Shown here one piece after another: positions 13,334 to 18,704 of a DNA stretch of 18,704 nt (position 1 is the first letter of the stretch; every line of letters begins with the position of its first letter). Below the pieces are notes generated by a model. It worked only from the letters and a program-made list of their open reading frames with translations. It did not search any database and had not been told where the DNA came from. Position numbers and translations under genes: made by a program. The DNA lies in IMG/VR virus record IMGVR_UViG_3300045988_087586. One strand, 5' to 3'. This stretch comes from a virus.

Positions 13334-14314
13334 ATGGCTACAGTATACACGAAAACCGACAACTACGGCCTAAATTTATATGGCGACAATGACCCCGCCG
13401 ATCTGAGAGACGGCTACAACGGCTCCATGCGCACCATTGACACGACGCTGGAAAACCACCTTAACCGCATCGAAGGCGTGGAATCCCGTGAAACGCATGA
13501 TGAAGCGGTCATGAAGGCACTGCTTGTGGATAACACGGTGGATAACGCCACTGCTGCGAAAACCAAGTGGGATAAAGCCAGTACGGACGCTGTTGAAGCA
13601 ATGGCGGACGCTGCCGACGCAGCCGAAAAAGCTACCGCCAACGCCAATACTCTCGCCTCACTGCAAGGCACGGTATCCTCGTTGTCCGATACCGTCACCG
13701 GCAAGGCGAATGCCGCTGAGGTGTACACCAAGGCGCAGGCAGATGCGCGATATACTCAGCAGGGCGGATATTCGGGCACCGCGCAGACCTTGAACCAGCG
13801 TGTCGACACCAACACATCCGACATATCCAGGCTTAAGACGTGGAATACTGCGTTTTCCAACGGGTGGGCGAATCTTGGAGACTTTACCTACACTTGTCAG
13901 CCATCATCTGCGATAGGCACGGACTCCCGCTCCAATATCAAATGTCTTTACAACGAGGAAATCGGTGCAATCAAGTTGTTCGGCATGTTCGCAGTACATC
14001 CAATTTCCGGTCAATCGCAAAATTTCACATCATTGTCCGTCGTGTCTCAGAGCGCATTGCCCGTTTCCATGAGACCAAGTTCTGATGTTCATATGGACGC
14101 GGCTCTTGCGTTCTGCATGAACGGCCTTGATTCGTCAGGGGCCGGTAGCTACACTGACATCGTTACGATCCCGTGCTGCGTGACCGTGAAGACGTCAGGA
14201 TACGTTTTGCTCGGGGAGGTCGCAAAGGCCGAGTATCATGACGCAATCCAAAATCATGCACGCCAGTCGTTCCGTGTGTTAATGCCTCAGTGTATTTACA
14301 CACTTGCTCAATAA
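13334..14314 (+). CDS. Tail fibre / receptor-binding protein (326 aa)
   Basis: N-terminal docking motif DNYGLNLYGDNDPADLRDGYNGSMRTIDTTL, an Ala-rich coiled-coil stalk (..AAEVYTKAQADARYTQ..), and a C-terminal globular domain. Confidence 0.7.
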   Translation: MATVYTKTDNYGLNLYGDNDPADLRDGYNGSMRTIDTTLENHLNRIEGVESRETHDEAVMKALLVDNTVDNATAAKTKWDKASTDAVEAMADAADAAEKATANANTLASLQGTVSSLSDTVTGKANAAEVYTKAQADARYTQQGGYSGTAQTLNQRVDTNTSDISRLKTWNTAFSNGWANLGDFTYTCQPSSAIGTDSRSNIKCLYNEEIGAIKLFGMFAVHPISGQSQNFTSLSVVSQSALPVSMRPSSDVHMDAALAFCMNGLDSSGAGSYTDIVTIPCCVTVKTSGYVLLGEVAKAEYHDAIQNHARQSFRVLMPQCIYTLAQ

Positions 14315-14329
14315 CACAACTGACCGATA

Positions 14330-14362
14330 CCCCACGGTCGTTCCCGTGGGGCATACTAGTAT
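14330..14362. promoter_or_regulatory. GC-rich 8-bp hairpin (CCCCACGG-TCGTTC-CCGTGGGG) followed by the 10-bp palindrome ATACTAGTAT
   Basis: Read directly from the sequence, between the fibre stop (14314) and the lysin ATG (14364). No U-tract. Confidence 0.45.
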
Positions 14363-14363
14363 C

Positions 14364-15572
14364 ATGCCGACATTAGACGAATGGTTTGCTCAGACCGAAA
14401 ACCGTTTTTGGGACATGGACGGCGCGTACGGCGCGCAATGCTGGGACCTATGGGCCAAGTACAGCATGGACATGTACGCTATGTCTATCCAGGACTGCAT
14501 TACCCCCACCGGTTACGCGGGCGGACTATATACCGCATATCCGGTATCTACACGGTGCGAACAAGTGTACGAGCGTATCGCCGCAAGCGGATACTCTCCC
14601 GTGGCAGGGGATGTGGCAATATGGGGGTATAGCACTTATACCCCTTATACTCATGTGGCGATAGTCGCCGGCGACGGGGTTAAAGACGGTAGAATCTACG
14701 TCATCACCCAAAACCCTGACGCAAGCGCACTCAAATGGTTCCCCACCGCCGGACTGCTAGGCTACCTGCATCCCCGTACCATGCCAAAACCGGATTCGAG
14801 CAATCCCACCGGCAGTAACAATCAAGGACAGCTTGACGCAACGCGCGGAGGGGGGTGGATACACTGGCAGGGCGACAATCTCTACCTACATGAGACAGAC
14901 AACAGCGGCGCAAAAACCCGTGTCTTCTACAAGACTACTGCCAATAATTTTTTTGAAAAAGAGTCGCAATCGCAGCCGTCCGATAGTAGCGGCCAAGGGC
15001 ACCCGTCAAGTTCGACCAATGCGGAAAACTCGTACGCGCTTTATGTGGTCGGTACAGTGGAAGCCGGCCTACGATGGGACGCGGTAGAAGCGGCGAACCT
15101 CCAAGGCATTGGCATTGCGCAGTGGAGTTTTGGACGCCGCTTGCAAGTGCTCAACAGAATGCGCGAATCTGACCCAACCGGCTATATGGCATTCAAAACG
15201 GCGGCTCCCGAGATTGCGGCACTCATGGAATCAGGCGGAACGTTCACGGGGAACCTTACCGCCGTAGAGGCGGCAGCGTTCCAAACATGGGCGGCACGCA
15301 ATGAATCCCATGAGGGGCAGCGCAAGCAGTTCGCGGAAGACTATGCGGGATATCCGCAAGAGTATGCGGACAATAAGATGCAGATCTTGTGGGTCACAGC
15401 CTATCACCAGTCACCTGCCAACGCCTTGAAGGTACCGAAAGCTTCCAATCTAACGCAGCTGAAAAACAATATCCTCGCTACGTATCCATTCCAGCCATAC
15501 GTGAACCGATACAATCAGGCATACTCATTACTGTCCGTGTGGGATGGAAAGTCGAATCCGCCCGCATTTTAA
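14364..15572 (+). CDS. Tail-associated peptidoglycan hydrolase: N-terminal CHAP domain plus a C-terminal lysozyme-like domain
   Basis: CHAP signature: GAQCWDLW (Cys), YTHVAIV (His), ITQNP. The C-terminal block VEAGLRWDAVEAANLQGIGIAQWSFGRR looks like a phage tail lysozyme or transglycosylase. The position equals phi29 gp13. ATG 14364 is preferred over the ORF-track TTG 14304, which overlaps the fibre gene. Confidence 0.8.
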   Translation: MPTLDEWFAQTENRFWDMDGAYGAQCWDLWAKYSMDMYAMSIQDCITPTGYAGGLYTAYPVSTRCEQVYERIAASGYSPVAGDVAIWGYSTYTPYTHVAIVAGDGVKDGRIYVITQNPDASALKWFPTAGLLGYLHPRTMPKPDSSNPTGSNNQGQLDATRGGGWIHWQGDNLYLHETDNSGAKTRVFYKTTANNFFEKESQSQPSDSSGQGHPSSSTNAENSYALYVVGTVEAGLRWDAVEAANLQGIGIAQWSFGRRLQVLNRMRESDPTGYMAFKTAAPEIAALMESGGTFTGNLTAVEAAAFQTWAARNESHEGQRKQFAEDYAGYPQEYADNKMQILWVTAYHQSPANALKVPKASNLTQLKNNILATYPFQPYVNRYNQAYSLLSVWDGKSNPPAF

Positions 15573-15576
15573 AGTG

Positions 15577-15585
15577 TGATATAAT
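15577..15585 (+). promoter_or_regulatory. Extended -10 element TGaTATAAT
   Basis: Perfect TGnTATAAT 5 nt after the lysin stop. No -35. Confidence 0.45.
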
Positions 15586-15636
15586 GGGCGATGTCGGCAT
15601 ATGATGCTTTCCCTTGAGCCGACCGTAACACAATAA

Positions 15637-15680
15637 GGGGGTATGACGGTGGTCATGACGTCATACCCCCCATTATTTAT
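15637..15680 (+). terminator. Strong hairpin / probable terminator or attenuator upstream of the packaging ATPase
   Basis: 12-bp perfect stem GGGGGTATGACG-(10 nt)-CGTCATACCCCC followed by CATTATTTAT. The loop contains an alternative partner, GTCAT, for the 5' arm. Confidence 0.6.
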
Positions 15681-15697
15681 AGTGGAGGTGAGCTGGT

Positions 15698-16765
15698 ATG
15701 GCATTACAGACATTGGCCGAAGATGACTACTATGATCTGCACAATCTGCTCACCCGTAACGCGCCGTGGAATTTCGTGATCGGCGCGCGCGGCCTAGGCA
15801 AAACGTTTGCAGCGAAAAGATACGGAATCAAGGAATATGTCAAAAACGGCCACGAGTTCATCTACCTCAGGCGCACGGACGTGGAACAGCATCGTAAGGA
15901 AACATTCTTCAAAGACATTCAAGAGTTCTTTCCTTCGTACGAGTTTCGCGTCAATGGCGAAAAGGGACAATTGCATAAGACTTCGTGGGATGAAAAGGAT
16001 TGGCGGACATGCTGCTATTTCGTCGCACTATCTCAGGCGGGCGGGCTAAAATCGGTAGCCTACCCTAAAGTGCACTTGATTATTTTCGACGAAATCTTTC
16101 CCGACAATCTACGTTTTTTAAGCAATGAGGTAAATTCGTTTTCCGAGTTTTACAATACTGTTGACCGTTGGCAAGATAGAACAAAAGTACTGTTTTTATC
16201 CAATGCCGTGCAAAAAGCGAATCCGTATTTCGCGAAATACCGGCTGGACATTGGTTCCCAGCAAGCCAACCAGCAACAATACAAACTCTATTGCGGGGGG
16301 TTCGTATGTCTCGAATTGGCGGATTACGGTGGATTCTCAGCCAAAGTCGCGCATTCCAAGTTCGGCAGATTCCTAGAACAGTACGATGGCGACTATGCCG
16401 ACTATGCCATACGCAACAAATTCCGCGACGAATCGGACACGCTACTAGCACCCATTCCTAGTGACGGTGAATTGTCTTATATTCTAGACACTACAGACTA
16501 TGCACGTTTTGGCATATGGGCCTCCGTTTCGGAACGTGACGGACACGTTTCACAATATGTTTCACGACGCATCCCCAAAGACAACACCCGCCCCATCTAC
16601 ACGCTAGACCCCAACCATGTTGACGAAAAAACATGGTACGTCAAAAAGTCGGATGATATTATAAGACGGCTCACCACCGGCTATAGACTTGGTAAAATAA
16701 GATTCGATGATTCACAGGTCAAGGCCGATTTCGGACTGATCATCGGCGAATTATTAGGAAAATAG
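15698..16765 (+). CDS. DNA encapsidation ATPase (phi29 gp16-like)
   Basis: WNFVIGARGLGKTFAAK (Walker A; gp16 has LNFVIGARGIGKSYAMK), GHEFIYLRR, HLIIFDEI (Walker B), FLSNAVQKANPYF, KIRFDDSQVK. SD GGAGGTG. Confidence 0.95.
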   Translation: MALQTLAEDDYYDLHNLLTRNAPWNFVIGARGLGKTFAAKRYGIKEYVKNGHEFIYLRRTDVEQHRKETFFKDIQEFFPSYEFRVNGEKGQLHKTSWDEKDWRTCCYFVALSQAGGLKSVAYPKVHLIIFDEIFPDNLRFLSNEVNSFSEFYNTVDRWQDRTKVLFLSNAVQKANPYFAKYRLDIGSQQANQQQYKLYCGGFVCLELADYGGFSAKVAHSKFGRFLEQYDGDYADYAIRNKFRDESDTLLAPIPSDGELSYILDTTDYARFGIWASVSERDGHVSQYVSRRIPKDNTRPIYTLDPNHVDEKTWYVKKSDDIIRRLTTGYRLGKIRFDDSQVKADFGLIIGELLGK

Positions 16766-16779
16766 AAAGGATAATATCA

Positions 16780-17148
16780 ATGGCAATGACCACAACGGAT
16801 GTGTGGTGTATGCTTGCGGCAGTCTTTTTTATTATCGTAGACTACGTGACAGGCATTACAAAAGCCATCATGCAAGATAATCTCAGCTCAAAAAAAATGC
16901 GGGAGGGACTAGGCCACAAGTTCGCCTACTTCATTCTCGTATTGGTGGCGTGGTTCATCGACGAAATCAACTTACATGTCGATTTAGGGCTACCAGTGTC
17001 CGTATTTGTCTGTACAGTTGGCGGAATATGCTTAATCGAGCTTACGTCGATTTTGGAAAACATCACCGTAATCAATCCGGAACTGGCGGGCGCACCATTC
17101 ATGCAGATTTTTTCTCAATCCACAAGCGGAAAGCATAAGGAGGAATGA
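16780..17148 (+). CDS. Holin, three predicted TM segments (phage_holin_4-like)
   Basis: IIVDYVTGITKAIMQDNLSSKKMREGLGHKFAYFILVLVAWFID is typical of the toxin-secretion/phage-lysis holin family. The stop overlaps the endolysin start (ATGA). Confidence 0.85.
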   Translation: MAMTTTDVWCMLAAVFFIIVDYVTGITKAIMQDNLSSKKMREGLGHKFAYFILVLVAWFIDEINLHVDLGLPVSVFVCTVGGICLIELTSILENITVINPELAGAPFMQIFSQSTSGKHKEE

Positions 17149-18017
17149 TGGACGGAGTGAAATGGATAGGCTCACCAAACCACTACAACGGAAGAGAGGG
17201 GCACCACGTAACCCACATTACACTGCATATCATGGCAGGATATTTAGCCGGAACCGATAGCGTCTTCACTAATCCAGCATCACAAGCAAGCGCCCATTAT
17301 GGCATCGGCGCAGACGGCACCATACATCAATACGTAAGCGAAGCGGACGGCACCTACAGTGACGCCAACTACATTTCTAACAACAGCACTATCAGCATCG
17401 AACATGAAGGCGGCATACCACAAGCCACATGCACGCAAGCGTGTATCGACGCAAGCGCACGACTCTGCGCCGATATTGCACAACGATACGGACTTGGCAG
17501 ACTATGGCACGACGGCACCAATGGTAACATATGGCTTCATCGAGAAATCAGCGGCACCGACCACGCCACATGCCCCGATCTTGCTCCAAACGGATTGCCA
17601 TACCAACAAGTCATAGACAAGGCCAACGCCATACTTGAAGGTAAAACCAACAATAACAACAAAAGGAGCGAAAACATGGCAGAAATGATTTTTAACAACA
17701 CTGATACCGGCAAAGTATACTATTGGAATATTCTCACCGGCGTAAAATACATTGGTGTACCCGACCAGCTCGAAATTCTCAAGGCCGCAGGCGTCCCCAT
17801 GCACGAAACCAGCAGCAAGGGGCCTTGGATGACCCGCGCCCAAGAAATCACCGACAACACTCTAGCCGGCATAACCGCCACCGTCAACGCTCAAGCCGCA
17901 GCCATCGAAACACTATCCAAGTCTCTCGGTGTAAACCCTGACACAATCGCAAAAACCGTGCAAGATGCAGTAAAATCCAAACTAGACAGTCTCAAAATCA
18001 CAGTAACAGACAAGTAG
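17145..18017 (+). CDS. Endolysin: N-acetylmuramoyl-L-alanine amidase (Amidase_2/PGRP type) with a C-terminal putative wall-binding domain
   Basis: HITLHIMAG, AHYGIGADGTIHQYV, ISIEHEG and HREISGTDHATCPD (Zn-ligand His/Cys pattern). SD AAGGAGGA. Confidence 0.9.
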   Translation: MMDGVKWIGSPNHYNGREGHHVTHITLHIMAGYLAGTDSVFTNPASQASAHYGIGADGTIHQYVSEADGTYSDANYISNNSTISIEHEGGIPQATCTQACIDASARLCADIAQRYGLGRLWHDGTNGNIWLHREISGTDHATCPDLAPNGLPYQQVIDKANAILEGKTNNNNKRSENMAEMIFNNTDTGKVYYWNILTGVKYIGVPDQLEILKAAGVPMHETSSKGPWMTRAQEITDNTLAGITATVNAQAAAIETLSKSLGVNPDTIAKTVQDAVKSKLDSLKITVTDK

Positions 18018-18033
18018 TAGTGACGGCACAAGA

Positions 18034-18064
18034 AAAGCCCCCAGGCTTATCACCTAGGGGCTTT
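18034..18064. terminator. Bidirectional terminator between the convergent endolysin gene and the right-end gene
   Basis: AAAGCCCC..(AGG/CCT)..GGGGCTTT with T-rich flanks on both strands (plus ACTTTATT; minus TTTTCTT). Confidence 0.7.
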
Positions 18065-18067
18065 ACT

Positions 18068-18331
18068 TTATTCGTCATCGCCGTTATCAATCGAAATGAC
18101 ATATTTGCGACACGGACGGCCTTTCTTAGACAAACACCGCACAGTTTCGACATAGTCATAGTCGACACTCAACATACTTTCAATAACTGCCGAAAGCGCT
18201 GATTCGAACGTAGTAACATCGTCATCAATAAGGCCATTATTAACAACAGTACCAGTGTACACATTTTCAATGCACACCTTGTAACGATTATCCGCTTCAA
18301 TTTCGATAACATAAGCGTTAAGGTTAATCAT
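18068..18331 (-). CDS. Right-end small acidic early protein (87 aa), diverged paralog of the left-end genes
   Basis: The only leftward gene. Its 5' leader and first codons are recognisably homologous to the 337-420 region on the left (TATCAACnnCAAGGGA; GTTATC...GATAAT.GTTAC). The protein shares VI.....DN and VTT(L/F) with the 371 gene product. Confidence 0.75.
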   Translation of the reverse strand: MINLNAYVIEIEADNRYKVCIENVYTGTVVNNGLIDDDVTTFESALSAVIESMLSVDYDYVETVRCLSKKGRPCRKYVISIDNGDDE

Positions 18332-18368
18332 TTTATTTTTCCTTTCCCTTGAAGTTGATAGTTACGCT

Positions 18369-18704
18369 ATAACACAAACAAAACGGCGACACGCCCAAAA
18401 ACAAAAGAACGCAAGATAATAAAAGACACCTACCTACCGGTCGGCAAACTACGGTTACAAAACCGTAACCTACCAATAATTAGACAGCATGAGTTAACCC
18501 AGTTAATCAATACGCACATAAAAAACATTGCACATACAACCATTGACATTGTGTCAATAAAAAAAATTGACAAACTGGACTAAAAAAAATCTAACACACA
18601 CACCCAAACACAACAAACACCACACAACACAGAACAAAAAAAAATAACACACAATAAAAAAAAACCACAAGGGAAAATCTTCACACAAACCCACACCCCT
18701 CCCA
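18369..18704. repeat. Right inverted terminal repeat (ITR)
   Basis: Reverse complement of 1-336 with a single dinucleotide difference (18385-18386 GG vs left 319-320 TT). The window ends exactly at the repeat. Confidence 0.97.

Noticed and set aside
18020-18202. 60-aa plus-strand ORF after the endolysin
   Set aside because: It starts inside the bidirectional terminator and runs antisense to the better-supported right-end gene (18068-18331, minus strand), which has an SD and a homologous leader. It has no SD of its own.
1-18704. CRISPR arrays, tRNA genes, integrase/repressor lysogeny module, transposases
   Set aside because: I looked for regularly spaced direct repeats, cloverleaf-like segments in the intergenic gaps, and recombinase or HTH-repressor-like ORFs. 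I found none. All gaps above about 60 bp are accounted for by promoter, hairpin or terminator elements.

Overview
The window is a complete linear dsDNA genome of a small phi29-like, protein-primed podophage, probably virulent and infecting a Gram-positive host. Its ends are a 336-bp inverted terminal repeat: 1-336 matches the reverse complement of 18369-18704 except for one TT/CC dinucleotide. All genes but one read left to right. The layout is: (i) about nine tiny early genes (371-2405); (ii) a replication module of p6-like DNA-binding protein, p5-like SSB, candidate terminal protein and an unusually compact family-B DNA polymerase (2411-5766); (iii) a 229-bp structured non-coding gap; (iv) a late module syntenic with phi29 genes 7-13 and 16, namely scaffold, Ig-decorated major capsid protein, tail knob, portal, lower collar, four fibre or appendage genes, CHAP tail lysin and gp16-type packaging ATPase; (v) holin and amidase endolysin; (vi) one leftward gene next to the right ITR. 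The calls rest on motifs read from the ORF translations and by-eye comparison with phi29 protein sequences recalled from memory. No searches were run. I found no integrase, repressor, tRNA or CRISPR array. Items most worth follow-up: (1) a diverged family of small early proteins at both ends, which marks a larger decayed terminal duplication around the ITR; (2) the G/T-only telomere-like outer ITR with spaced T-tracts; (3) a promoter-to-terminator non-coding unit just downstream of the polymerase, where phi29 has its packaging RNA; (4) a 484-aa polymerase with non-canonical catalytic motifs and a shrunken exonuclease domain; (5) three adjacent fibre genes, one only 60 aa, sharing one N-terminal docking motif; (6) a promoter/stem-loop/terminator cassette ahead of the packaging-lysis genes; (7) an in-frame internal start in the endolysin.
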